From Podarcis filfolensis (lineage: Eukaryota): 64,000 nt of DNA. The DNA is taken from the NCBI GenBank assembly GCA_964270895.1, contig OZ185453.1. One strand, 5' to 3'. The notes below the pieces were generated by a model, which was not told where the DNA came from, made no database searches, and saw only the letters and a program-made list of their open reading frames with translations. Shown piece after piece: positions 21,764 through 33,225 of this stretch (positions are counted from its first letter, which is position 1; each line of letters begins with the position of its first letter). A program made the translations under genes and the position numbers.

Positions 21764-22281
21764 CTATAGAAAGAAAAGTGGAGGACATGTTACTGATAAG
21801 CCAATCCATACAACAGCTCACCAGCACCCTCAAGACCCACAGCTGTGCCATTGGCCAGCCATTCTGCATTTCTCCACATCTGCCTAATAGCTGAAAATGT
21901 GAACTGACTCCATTGATAAAGATGTTTGAATTGATGCACAATGGTATAAAAATGTTGTAGGCACCTGACTGCTAATTCAAAAAAGGTTCTTTTGCAGTCT
22001 CCTAAGCATCCCTCAAATTTTTCCATTTACTTTTTTTAAAAAAGAAAAATTGAAATTTCAAAAAAGTGTTACTGACCAACCACCCCCAAAAAGTCCTGCT
22101 TTGGAAGGTAGCCTTGAGAACTTTAGTTCTCATTGCACCCATATTTACACTTTGGCTCCCTGAGGACTGACCATAGGGTCGATGTGGCCCAAAAAGGGTC
22201 AGCCATGCCCACTGTAGAGTTTCAATCTATTGGTCCTTTTGATTTTACCTACAAATCTAGTAAACAGTTTTAAGGACTTGC

Positions 22282-22460
22282 CTGCCTGGCTGGTGGCTGT
22301 GCTCTGGTCATGGAAGAAGTCATCCAGCAACTCATCATCTGAGCGAGCGATTATGTGCACGTCATCGTTGCCTACTAGAAGGCGAGCTCGACCTCTGCTT
22401 TGTAGTGGGAGGCTACTGCTTAGTTGAAGAATATCTGCAGCTGCTGAAGGGCCCAACAAC
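22282..22460 (-). CDS. HUWE1: HUWE1 exon 45 ([11 protein letters not shown]...ATSQA), GC donor
   Basis: cttag| acceptor; GCA G|gcaagt GC donor is required for frame; 179 nt. Confidence 0.93.
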
Positions 22461-22661
22461 CTAAGGAAGACATAAAAGGAACACTTGCTTTCCTACACAG
22501 AGATGCAGTGACTTCTAAAAGAGTCCCCCAGTTCTCAGAACAAGATTATGGGGAACACTGGGGCAAACCAAACTGGGTTGGGATGTTGCCAGAACAATTC
22601 ACTGTTCTGTATTCTACAGTTTTGGCAAAATGTGATACTCCTCCACTCCCTCAAGTCTCAC

Positions 22662-22890
22662 CTCTGCAGGATCAGAGGTGGGTTGGGCTGGCGGGTGCCA
22701 GGGTAATGAACATGGATGGTATGGCCAGTGTTTGCTGTCAGCTGCCGAAGGGTCCTCTGGCTGCGGCCAATGCCTTGCGCCAATCGCGTCGTGGAGGAGC
22801 CACTACCCAAAGTCAAGGAGCTATGGTCTGCATGCCGTACCATGAGTGGATGAGTGGCAGGAATATTGCCAGGTGATGGAGGAATATCCG
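22662..22890 (-). CDS. HUWE1: HUWE1 exon 44 ((T)[10 protein letters not shown]...PLILQ)
   Basis: cccag| / |gtgaga, 229 nt. Confidence 0.95.
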
Positions 22891-23340
22891 CTGGGAATAG
22901 AAATAGGCAAAGTTAGGAAGCCAAGATGGAGCTTTGAAGACATACAAATATAATTTCCCTGGAGACAAGAACTAGCCTGAAATAGGGTCAACAAAGCCAT
23001 AATTACAAAGCCTCCCAAATTTCAGAGCAACATTTTGGAGCTAGAAAACAGATCATGTGCTAGAACACAGCACTGATCATGGATAAGGCAGGAAAAGCAA
23101 CTGAGATGATGCTGAATGTGGCCAAAGTCTGGTTGCCTGATCCTGCCTGTTCTGGGCAGTGGGAGGAGACAACCCATTAGGTGGATGCTTCCGTCCCACT
23201 GGACAGAGAATGCTATTCCATTTCAAAGAAAACCCCAGTTCCCTAGTCCACAGGATGTGGGGAAAAGCTTAGCATCTTGGCTCCCAGCCCCCCCCAGAAT
23301 CAGCCATGTCCTGTGGCTTTCCAGTTTTTAGAGTTCTTAC

Positions 23341-23512
23341 TGGCGCTGGAGAACATGTTGTCAAACTCAATGATGAGGTCATCTTCACGGTCAAAGCGCT
23401 CAAAACGCACCAGTGGGGAGGCATTCATATCAGGGTAGTCTTCATCTAACTCCATCTCGGAGCCATCATCGTCATCTTCCTCCTCTTCGCCTTCCTCACC
23501 TTCTTCATCATC
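23341..23512 (-). CDS. HUWE1: HUWE1 exon 43, acidic tract (DDEEGEEG...DNMFSSA)
   Basis: tccag| / |gtaaga, 172 nt. Confidence 0.93.
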
Positions 23513-23870
23513 CTGGAGGGAAAGTTATCACCAAACACAAGGCTAAGCAAATGCCGGCTAGAATGTGGCATCCTGAAAACCAGTCTTCATACCTCCTCAC
23601 TCCAACTTTAGTCACTCTCTTTACCTGGAACCACAAACTGAGGCAAGGAAATTTTTGGCTCTCACACTATAAATTATTCTAGATCTAAAACCCAAACATC
23701 ATGGTGCCTAGCTCCCATTAGCTCCCCAATAAAAACCTATTACATGCTGTCCTCAATTGTGACCACCCCTTCCCTATTATTTTTGACATCTGCCCCACAG
23801 CCTCCTATGTTAAGATCATAAAGCACCCACTGGAAAGACTTCTGCACTGCCTTTCCTTCAATGCCCTTAC

Positions 23871-24004
23871 CTGGTCATCTTCATCCTCCTCCTCCTCTTC
23901 TTCCTCTTCATCCTGACTATCATCTTCATCCTCATTGCTGCCACTGCTGTCTTCCTCCTGTGTGTGCTCCTCTTCATCTTCAGGATCCAGAATATTCATC
24001 GAAT
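23871..24004 (-). CDS. HUWE1: HUWE1 exon 42, acidic tract ((D)[12 protein letters not shown]...EDEDDQ)
   Basis: tctag| / |gtaagg, 134 nt. Confidence 0.95.
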
Positions 24005-24306
24005 CTAGAGAAGATTAGAGAGTGTAGCTATGGTGAGTTGGCCCCTGCAGGTTAAGCGAAGATTCTTCCATTTACCTTTCTGGCAAGTTCTATCTTCAAA
24101 CTCCTTTTGCCAGACAGGCAAAACCTCACAAAGCCAGGTCTCAGAAACCTCCCCCTCCTCCTGCTTCTCTTACGAGAGCGCAAGCCTATAACAACCCTTT
24201 TGCATCATGCTAGTTCACCCTTCTCTTGCACTTACCCTCCCCCTCCCCCTCCAGGGACTATAGGCACTTCTACTGGCTCCATGTAACATCGTAGGCAATG
24301 CCTCAC

Positions 24307-24405
24307 CTTCCCTGTTGGCCTGTAATGTGGAAGCCTGGCTGAGATTGGAAGGTGCCTCATCCATCAACACATCCTCCTGAGACTCATCCTCTCCACTTCG
24401 GCCCA
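24307..24405 (-). CDS. HUWE1: HUWE1 exon 41 ((V)[11 protein letters not shown]...QANRE)
   Basis: ttcag| / |gtgagg, 99 nt. Confidence 0.95.
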
Positions 24406-24916
24406 CTGAAGGACATAAAGGAAGTGTATAGGGCTTAGCAAAGTTATGAGCAAACAACCCTCTCCCTTTAGAGGACCTTCTGGGCAGTCCCTAAACTTGA
24501 TGGCCGTTTATCTTTGAGTGCCCGTTATGGTCCTGATGTGATGCTGCTTTCCATATACAGATGGCGATTTTCTTTGCAGTTATAAAGCTACCATGACAAG
24601 CCTCTTGCCTCTCAGAAGTCACCCCACCCACCAAGAATTGTATAGGAATAGATTATCTCTATAATGGGCGAAAAGCAACACGGACATATGTCTGATACAG
24701 CACCCATGCTGTGTGATAAAGAAGAGCTGCAGGGAGGAGGAAGAGAGAAGAACAGTAGATGATCTCTACCTGGAGTGGTCTTATGAGGTAGGATTCTCTA
24801 CAGCAAAGCAAAAAATGCATTTGGTTCCCTCAGAGGCCACACAGAGGAGGAAAGGCAGAGAGTCCAGAGATTCTGAAGGAAAGTTCTGAGGCAAAGTGTT
24901 GGGGCTTTGTACTCAC

Positions 24917-24992
24917 CTATTATTGTACTATTCCCTGAGCCACCATCCTGCTCTAAAAGCTCATCGATCAGGTCCTCTAGCTCATTTTCCAC
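24917..24992 (-). CDS. HUWE1: HUWE1 exon 40 ([13 protein letters not shown]...NSTII)
   Basis: tctag| / |gtgagt, 76 nt. Confidence 0.95.
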
Positions 24993-25422
24993 CTAGAAGA
25001 TGGTAAAGACAAACACAGTGGTGATCTCCAGTTCTTTACAATCAAGTCTCAAAACCGTAAAACAAGCTGCATCACCCTGACTTCTGAAACAGGTCTGATT
25101 TATGCTCTACCCAAGTCAAATGCTATATACGACAGGCACCCCAGCCTCAGGTATCACAATCTAAATTAAGCAAGCAAAGGGTCATTTCAGTTTGTGCAGC
25201 TATCCAGATTGTACTCATTAATCTCAGAACAAAGCTGTGATCAACAAAAGTATTCATTTACACACTCCTTTGCATATAGCCCTAAATAAATTGCAACTTT
25301 AAGTAACACAAGCAGGAATAGAAGCGATCCCAGCTATATGTCACCAACATCCCATGCCTTAAAACCTGTGGCCACCTCCTGCATGCAATACAGGCAGGGT
25401 CCCTACAAGCCACCATCAATAC

Positions 25423-25571
25423 CTGCATCTCCTGTGTGCTCAGCACCTCAGGCTGTCCAGCAATCACCACGGCATCGCTCTCCGTTTCACCATCCATGAT
25501 GTCACCATCTGTCACTTCCGCTTGGGCCACATCATGGTCCTCCTCCGGAGCCTCTGCTTCCCCGCTCTCCC
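25423..25571 (-). CDS. HUWE1: HUWE1 exon 39 ((G)[11 protein letters not shown]...STQEMQ)
   Basis: tacag| / |gtattg, 149 nt. Confidence 0.95.
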
Positions 25572-25787
25572 CTGTAAGTCAAGGTCTCAATATTACCTTC
25601 TCAAGTCATCCTTGAATTAGCTTAAGTGGCAAACAGACTAATGGAGACTCATAATGGAAGTCAGAAAAATTCCAGGCCAAGGAAAGGAGGGGATGGCAGG
25701 TGTGGATCTTATCGTGGAACAGGTTGATGAAAAATCACAGAGAAGAGGTATGTGACCCATAAACAGTGGGTGCTGAGGATGGCATAC

Positions 25788-25960
25788 CTGCATCTTGTTG
25801 GCCACTGTTGGCATCTTGGGCTGCTCCCTGAGCATCCTGCTCCGCCTTGCTCTTGCTCGAGGCACTTTTGCTACCGAAGAGACTACTGGGCTGATTGACA
25901 ATTCGTGATAACGTTTCCAAGGGTTTCAGGGCTGCATTTACTGTGTTGGCCATGTTGGGA
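25788..25960 (-). CDS. HUWE1: HUWE1 exon 38 ([12 protein letters not shown]...GQQDA)
   Basis: ccaag| / |gtatgc, 173 nt. Confidence 0.95.
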
Positions 25961-26282
25961 CTTGGAGGAAAAACACATGCCAATATGAGTTTCCAGACTG
26001 TGAACAAAGGTCTTAATAGCAAAGCTAACCTTAGCTGGGGTAGAACGAAGAGAAACCTCTAGTGGGAAGATGTCATGATTCTGCCTGCTCTCTCAATATG
26101 CCAATTCAATTATGTTCTAGAGATAGGGAAAAAAACTTTCTAAGGCCAAATCTTAATGGAAGGGATTGTATCTGTCTTCTACATTTGGTCTTGTACTTGT
26201 CCCCTACACCAACTGTTCAACATCATCCCTGATCATGAAGGAGGCTCCGCTCCGTCTCCTTGCGGTTAAATAAGCCACATAC

Positions 26283-26465
26283 CTGGACAGATCAAGGCTG
26301 TGAGGCACCCTGGCCAGGTCATTGACCAACCCCTTCTTGAGGAAGAGGCGGATGATGTTGTTCATGCCATTATGCTGGGTCTTTGCTGTGGCATTGCTGT
26401 AGAAGCTAGAGGTGGATGGGCATGATTCCATAATGGTGCTGATGATGCACATGACAGCTTGCAGC
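26283..26465 (-). CDS. HUWE1: HUWE1 exon 37 ([10 protein letters not shown]...HSLDLS)
   Basis: tctag| / |gtatgt, 183 nt. Confidence 0.96.
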
Positions 26466-26765
26466 CTAGAGAGTGTCAAAGCGGAAAGTGACATTTCTTT
26501 ACTTCCAGAACAGTGTCATGGTTAGCAAACCCTGAAATACCCTGCCCCAATCCCTGTAACAGGAAGGATCTATTTTCCTGCAGCAAGTATTCTAATTTAG
26601 TAAAGTAACAGAGAACCTGTGACCCTCCAGATATTCTACAGCTCCCATCTTCCCTGCCATTAGCCATGCTGGCTGGGACCGATGGGAGCCAGTGTCCAAC
26701 AACTTTTGGTGGGCCAGAAGTTCCCCATTCCTGATTTACAAAATATTGTACCTGAAAATTTTATA

Positions 26766-27006
26766 CAGTCGTACCTTGGCTCCTGAATGCCTTGGTAATT
26801 GGACATTTTGGCTCCCGAACACCACAAACCCGGAAGTGAGTGTTCCGGTTTGCTAACATTCTTTGGAACCCGAACGTCCAACATGGCTTCCGATTGGCTG
26901 CAGGAAGTTCCTGCAGCCAATCAGAAGCCATGCTATGGTTTCTGAACGTTTTGGAAGTTGAATGGACTTCCGGAACGGTTTCCGTTCAACTTCCAAGGTA
27001 CGACGG
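26766..27006. mobile_element. Tigger-like MITE, same family as 10309-10549, opposite orientation
   Basis: TA|cagtcgtaccttgg ... ccaaggtacgacgg|TA, 241 bp; the reverse complement aligns by eye along the whole 10309 copy. Confidence 0.9.
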
Positions 27007-27116
27007 TACTACTAAAAAGAAACATGATTTAGTCAAGACCTTTGCTGGGGTGCAAAGCTACAGGAACAACATCCTCTTCTCAAGTGCTAATCAATCCTCA
27101 ACATCTTCCAGCTCAC

Positions 27117-27328
27117 CTGGCATGCTTTTCAGTACTCTCTGTCATGGCCAGTGCCCGACCCAGGGCTGCCTTCACCTCATTCACCAGGGCCACCTGGGCA
27201 TCTGTGCCACTACCTGCTGCAGCCAAGCTGGCTAGGAAGAGGCGCGCCAAGGCTGGTGTATCTTTGTCTTCTGCATTCTGGGTGTGAGGAAGCAAATGGT
27301 CCAGCACAAAGGCCAACACACTACAGTC
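27117..27328 (-). CDS. HUWE1: HUWE1 exon 36 ([11 protein letters not shown]...STEKHA)
   Basis: ttcag| / |gtgagc, 212 nt. Confidence 0.96.
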
Positions 27329-27539
27329 CTGAAAAGACAAAATGAAAGATAGTAGCGAGAGCAGGCCAGGATGGCCTAGTCATCTTCTTTCATCAGCAAC
27401 TCCTCCTCCCAAGCAGTCTACCCAAACTCACTCCTCTTCTCTGGAACCTAGCAGTGCTGGCCCCAAGTCTTATTTTGCATTTACCCCACTCCTAATCCAC
27501 AGTTCCTTAGGTTTGTTTTGTTCTTCCAGGGCTTCTCAC

Positions 27540-27754
27540 CTCCTTTATCAGCTCAGACTGGCCCACAGTATAGTTGTAGTTGGCAATTAAGGTGGCAATG
27601 CCAACATATGAGCGCACAAGCTCTGCCAGCAGCCTCAAGATGGTGGATGTAGGCATAAGTGGCTTGCTTCCCTTAGCCTTCTGCTTGTTCTCCTCTGCTG
27701 CTTTATCACCCTCCTTATCCTTCTTGTTTTCTCTTGATTCTTCAGGAGTGGAGG
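27540..27754 (-). CDS. HUWE1: HUWE1 exon 35 ((A)[11 protein letters not shown]...SELIKE)
   Basis: tacag| / |gtgaga, 215 nt. Confidence 0.96.
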
Positions 27755-28076
27755 CTGTAGGACACAAGGGAAAAGGAGAACCAGTGAAAGAACTGCTCCC
27801 TGCCCCCCTCCCCAAAAAAAACCTCCCCATGAAGTTTCAGGAGAGACATGGTTCCAGTATGGCAGATGGGGTTTGATCTCACTTTCAGGAAAAAGACTGA
27901 GCAGGCCCCATCTTTACAACTAAGAGAAATGAGACTGGTGTCCCAACACTTGAAGTGATTGAGCAGGGGAATGTCATTTTGGGTCTGTTTTAATCAAGAG
28001 ACTAGTATTTCCAATCGCAGGATAGCTTGAAGGGAGATCCCCGGAGAGGCATTAAGACAACAAAGGTAAGACTTAC

Positions 28077-28143
28077 CATCTCCTTGGGGAGTTCCAGACT
28101 GGGGAGTCTCAGCAGCTGCACTATCAGCAGCAAAAACCTGAGC
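28077..28143 (-). CDS. HUWE1: HUWE1 exon 34 (AQVFAADSAAAETPQSGTPQGD)
   Basis: tctag| / |gtaagt, 67 nt; a second in-frame AG lies 6 nt inside. Confidence 0.88.
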
Positions 28144-28512
28144 CTAGAGAAGAACAACAAAGGCAATGAACAAAATGGTGCTGAATGGCCTAAAGTCCAC
28201 CAACAGAGTTCCACACATGACAAGGCACTACAGTTTTCACTGTCATCTGCTACTTTGGAGCAACAGAGAGGTGGAATACACAGAGGTCTCAAACCGTAAG
28301 AAACCAGAGGAGCAGTCAACATCTAAACAAATGCTTCAGATACAGTCCACAACCTCCAACAACTGAAAACCTCAAAAAGCAAAAGGAAATAAAAGAGCCA
28401 AAAATGAGATGCTATGGGATTTATGATACTGCTGCAGAAAAAATGGCTCAATGATTTTGACAGCTGATAGATATTACTGTGCAGTTTGGGTTTTTGCTTC
28501 TGGCAGACTCAC

Positions 28513-28658
28513 ATTGATGCCAAAGCCGGTCTGAGAGTCAAAGTCACTGCCCTGACGGGTTAGAGAGCGATACTGCTGGTACATATCATCTCCAATTTCT
28601 TGCAGGATCTGACTCATCTCCTGGTTAGTACTGCTTGCCTTGGGTTCAGACTTGTCTG
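28513..28658 (-). CDS. HUWE1: HUWE1 exon 33, BH3 motif ((A)DKSEPK...ILQEIGDDM...GFGIN)
   Basis: tccag| / |gtgagt, 146 nt. Confidence 0.95.
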
Positions 28659-29008
28659 CTGGAGAGGGGAAATGAAACCATGACCACCATTGACATTGTC
28701 TTTTCAGAGAGCTGTTACACATATATACATGGCAAATTCAAAGTGTTTATTTCAAGAAGCTAGTGTGGTGTTTATCTTACACCCAATTCCATGATCTGAA
28801 GACTTGCTGAAAGAAAAGCACTTCGTTATTACTAGTCTTTTGGGGGTGGGAAGTGAAATGGTTAATACTGGGTTCCAGCTTTAATAAAAAGGACTGATCA
28901 GAAGGGAGCTTCTGTTCAGGCAACATGAAGTCCTCCTCAACAGAAAGAGGCCCTTGGTTCCCCCATGCATAGAAATTCCCACCCATCCTGTCCCAGGCTG
29001 TCCTGTAC

Positions 29009-29176
29009 CTTCATCAGGGGCATGGTAGGCAGCCAGAGCATTCAGCATGTCATAGATCACCTCCTTGATAGTGTCAGGTATGACAGGCAGCGGTGAGGGC
29101 TTTACTGGAGTGGTTTTTACCAGCTGCACAGCGTTGGGGCCCTTGATCCGCAGGTTCTCGAATTCGTCATCAGAGG
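29009..29176 (-). CDS. HUWE1: HUWE1 exon 32 ((A)[11 protein letters not shown]...YHAPDE)
   Basis: ccaag| / |gtacag, 168 nt. Confidence 0.96.
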
Positions 29177-29458
29177 CTTGGGGAGCAAAAGGAGAAATAA
29201 TAAAAAAAACTAGAGCAGCCAACACTGGTAAAGGAACCTGGGACTTAAGGAGGGAAGGGGCTTAGTTCTTTGCGATTTTTCCAGCTGCTTTTTATTTTGG
29301 CACAAGATTACTATAGGATTCGTGCTTCTCTTCTATCCCTGACCCAGACCTCCTTCTACCTCAAATTATGATGAAGATCCTTGTGCACACAGCATTAATG
29401 GGCACACAGCATTAGTGCGGACACTGTAGGAAAACCAGCAGGGTTCTGAATTACTTAC

Positions 29459-29654
29459 CAGTTCCAGAGCCACGGGGAGCAGGTAGGGCAATGCGAATGC
29501 AGCCATTGGCCACCTCAGTGAAGATCTCTGGGTTGCGGCAAGCAGCTGGGCCCAGCACTCGCAAAATGTAGTTGATCTCCCGAGAGCCCAAACTGCCTGA
29601 CACGACACCTGAAGTGGTGCTGCCTGCTCCACTGGTGGCTGCTGAGCGCACAAC
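29459..29654 (-). CDS. HUWE1: HUWE1 exon 31 ([11 protein letters not shown]...PRGSGT)
   Basis: ttcag| / |gtaagt, 196 nt. Confidence 0.96.
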
Positions 29655-29886
29655 CTGAAACAGACAAAAACAAAAATGTGTGTTCATACTGGCAATTGAA
29701 AAAGCCAGTTCTACTGGATAAGTCAATGGGGATTTCAGGAAGCCTGAGCAATTACTGAAGCAGCAACACTTTCCATATGCTGTCTGAGCTGAGTCAAGTC
29801 GCCTCTTTAGTGTGCAAGCCCTATACAGAAGAAAGCTTCTAAGACTCTACCTTCTCTATGGTGAAGTCAGCAGAAGCAAGCCATAC

Positions 29887-30245
29887 CTTCTCCATGGTGT
29901 GATGGAGTGTGCAGGGATCCTCGATTATGTGTCGGAAAAGAAGGGTGACAAGAGGCGTGAAGCCGTTGAAGCCAGAGCTCTGCGTGAGACCCAGGATCAT
30001 GCGTGTGCTCTTGAGCTCTGCAAACATCATGGCGTATTTGTGGTGGCGGGTGAGGCGCAGACAGAGGCGCAATGTGGCGTGTAGTGTGTCCGGTTCCACA
30101 GGAACACCCAACATGCTGACACAGGCACGGATCAACACGGTAACCATTTCCTCTGTCAGGCCCTGGATGAGGATCTCTGATGGTTTGGCCTCTTCTGAAG
30201 GTGCTTCCTTCTCAAGGGTGAGACTCTCAGTAGAAGCAGGGCTAT
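29887..30245 (-). CDS. HUWE1: HUWE1 exon 30 ((D)[12 protein letters not shown]...HHTMEK)
   Basis: atcag| / |gtatgg, 359 nt. Confidence 0.95.
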
Positions 30246-30335
30246 CTGATGAGGGAAGATAAAATAGGTCTGAGGTTACAAGTTCCAGTCTCCTACTCTA
30301 TAGGTAACCCAGTGATGAGACTACATATTCAGTAC

Positions 30336-30495
30336 CATTTGCTTTCTCCTCCTTTGGCTTGTTTTCGACCTCCTTGCCTTCCTCCAAGGTTCTTTCCAGC
30401 TCTTGTCCATTGCCCTCTTTCATACTCTTACTGAGCCGGGGCACCCTGAGCAAAGTCAACATTACTGGACGCCGGTTCCCAGTTTCTTCATTCAC
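30336..30495 (-). CDS. HUWE1: HUWE1 exon 29, WWE end ([11 protein letters not shown]...EEKAN)
   Basis: atcag| / |gtactg, 160 nt. Confidence 0.96.
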
Positions 30496-30590
30496 CTGAT
30501 TAAGGAAAAAAGAGGGAGGTTAAGACTACCATACCCCATGTGCCCAACGACCTCAGAGAACACCCATGACAACATTCCCAGCGCCTATAC

Positions 30591-30767
30591 CTGCACCATT
30601 GTAGTGAATTGCACAGTATAGCGCCGACGGCCAGCAGTGAAACGAACACTGGTCTCTCCTGCTTTCCACGCTGTGTCGATGGTGCTGTTGTTGCTTGCAC
30701 TATAGCTACACCAACGGCCTGAGCGATCGTCAAACCAGCGCCAGTTGTTGCCATTGGCTTGGAGGTA
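30591..30767 (-). CDS. HUWE1: HUWE1 exon 28, WWE domain ([14 protein letters not shown]...FTTMVQ)
   Basis: tccag| / |gtatag, 177 nt. Confidence 0.97.
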
Positions 30768-31032
30768 CTGGAGAGAAAGAAGACAGATTCTTAGCATTTG
30801 CAGACCTACACTGCAGTTCTCTCCATGTCTACTCAGAAGTGAGATCCATAAAGTTCAATGGAACTTGCTCCCAGTTCTAATAAAAGATTGCAGCCTGGTT
30901 GTATCAGGGCGTATTGCAAATGCCACAGCTTATTTGCCGTGCACACTCACAATTCCACAGTGGCCAGGATCCTTTCTCCCAGTCCCCTTCGTAATAGCTT
31001 GCATTTCCCACACCACCACCCTGAGCTCATAC

Positions 31033-31114
31033 CTTGTTCATCTGGGCCCTCCTCTTGGAGGAGATAGCTGTCTTCTCATAGAAGTCAATCAGCAACAGCA
31101 CTGGGGTGATCCAC
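31033..31114 (-). CDS. HUWE1: HUWE1 exon 27 ([14 protein letters not shown]...AQMNK)
   Basis: cacag| / |gtatga, 82 nt. Confidence 0.96.
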
Positions 31115-31460
31115 CTGTGGGAGGCAAGTTAATTACATCAGCTAAGGCATCCAACAAAATATATTGCATGGGTTTCTAAGCCAAGATACTGCAGCCATTT
31201 TTGGGACTAAAACCCTGCCAAGAAAACAGTAGCAAGACCTTCTGGACTCAAGGAGGGAGGTAAACCCAATTTCATTCCAGGTTAGTAACTGCATCCAGCA
31301 TTATTAAACCATTATGTATTTCATGAGGTACAAATACAAAACTGGTAGCTTCTCCTCACAAGAAAGACCAGAAGCAAAACCCAGGTAATGTATATCAAAG
31401 TGTGGGTAAGCCTGGCTTGGGGCTTTCCAGCTCCACCCTATATCCTGTTTTGTTGCTTAC

Positions 31461-31588
31461 TTTGGTGTCTGCACTTCCTTTTGCTCCTTGGCAGCTTGCA
31501 GGCAGGGCTGCACCACTTCTAGCAGTTTGATCAGAACGTTGAGGATGCCGCTAGATTCTACAACACGAGCACATGGCAACTTAAGCTC
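31461..31588 (-). CDS. HUWE1: HUWE1 exon 26 ([12 protein letters not shown]...KEVQTP)
   Basis: tgcag| / |gtaagc, 128 nt. Confidence 0.96.
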
Positions 31589-31799
31589 CTGCAGGGAAAC
31601 AAAGGTAAAGAGGTTGGCAACCATGCAGCAGATAGGACTAATTGGAGCACAAACTGACCATTACATTCAAAGTTCTAAGTGTTATCATCACTTCAGAGCC
31701 AAGTGAAGGGGAGTGTGAGGCATTTTCTTTTCAAGTGCATGCTCTATTGTACAGGTCCTCAGCGTAGTTCACATCTAACAGCACACCTCAACCTCTTTA

Positions 31800-31915
31800 T
31801 CCAAAGTTTATTGAAGTGTTTTTTGATATACTGTAAGCCGGCCACACTGGCTGGGGAACCCCAGCCAGATGGGTAGGGTGGTAATAAGAAGAATAAGAAT
31901 AGTTGATGATGATGA
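31800..31915 (+). mobile_element. L2 3'-terminal fragment
   Basis: ccggccacactggctggggaaccccagccagatgggtagggt followed by a simple-repeat tail, typical squamate L2 end. Confidence 0.6.
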
Positions 31916-31980
31916 TTGAATGAAAAGCACAACTGTCCTGTAAAAAATTACCCCATCCCACACAACTGTATGCTGTAATG

Positions 31981-32072
31981 CAGCATTCCTCAACCAGGTG
32001 CCCTCCAGATGTTAGCAACAGCTCCCATCAGTACCAGCAAGAATTTGGAAGGCATCAGGTTGGGGAAGGCTG
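31981..32072. mobile_element. Short decayed hAT MITE
   Basis: Imperfect TIRs cagcattcctcaacc / ggttggggaaggctg; no clear TSD. Confidence 0.5.
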
Positions 32073-32135
32073 GCCTAGTAGAAGGCAATCTGTAGATGTG
32101 TTCACCAAAGTGATTTGAATTTGAGTATTCTGTGG

Positions 32136-32136
<1 letters not shown>

Positions 32137-32170
<34 letters not shown>
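32137..32170. repeat. (TG)17 microsatellite
   Basis: Read directly. Confidence 0.95.
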
Positions 32171-32173
<3 letters not shown>

Positions 32174-32622
32174 TATCCTTGAAAAAAGGAATATTTCAGT
32201 GTCAAATATGAAATATGAATATATTAATGTTAATGTTATATAACACATACAGACACTGCTTAACATATAGATGCCTAATCAGTTACAATGGAAAACCCTA
32301 AATGACAAAGTATCATGAACTAGAGTGATCACATCCACTCTCTCTATCAAATAATTACATTCCGTATGCTCTATATCCTGGACTTTGTGAGAAGTGAGAA
32401 ACATCTAGTGATTAAAGCAATGAAACAGCAAGGGAGGGCTATGAGATAAACGCTATGTGTAAAGAGCAATCCAAATTCTATAGGAAAACATGATAACCAT
32501 CACCTCAAATGCTTGAATGTCCAGTCCTGACCCTCCAACCCCATCCCAGGTAAAAGTTGAACAAAGACATGGGGCAACTGGTGGGGGGAGGGTATGTCTC
32601 CTTTCCCTTTCCTTGGACTCAC

Positions 32623-32775
32623 CTCAAAGAGTAAAGTTAACAGCAGGATGCGTGTGGCCAGGTTGGAGGCCTGTGGCAGGGTGGCCATCTGGCTGATCCA
32701 CTCTGAGACAGTCTTGGTGTCGCTAGTGGTGAGGGGCAGAGCTGCTTTTATAAGGACATCAGCGGCTTCCCACAC
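32623..32775 (-). CDS. HUWE1: HUWE1 exon 25 ([10 protein letters not shown]...LTLLFE)
   Basis: ggcag| / |gtgagt, 153 nt. Confidence 0.96.
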
Positions 32776-33225
32776 CTGCCAATGAAAGGGCATGTTATGA
32801 ATGGAGTGGATTATCAGTAAGATAGCCTTTCTTGGACACTAGTCTTAATCCATTACAGAACATCCAGAACACAATGGCATTAAGGTATTTGCTCAGAAGG
32901 CTATGATGCTAGGCCCTGCAGGCACCTGCTGGCAACAGGAAGTTAACTGTTCTAAAATTGAGACCTAAGCATATCAAACACTGACCTCTATGAATTCTAC
33001 CTGGAGACATGCTCTTGTTAATTTGTTATACCTTGGGTTCCACATTATCTCCCCGCTGCCCTCCAGCTACTTAAACAGAGTTTTCCCTACTGAGATAAAT
33101 GCTTATGTTTCAAGAGAGCATGTATATTCAGGTATCCCCCCCTACTACCATGTGTTCAATTCACGTGTGACCATGCATATGCATGGCTCCAGAAACCTGG
33201 AAGTGGGGGGGAGATACCTGATGAC

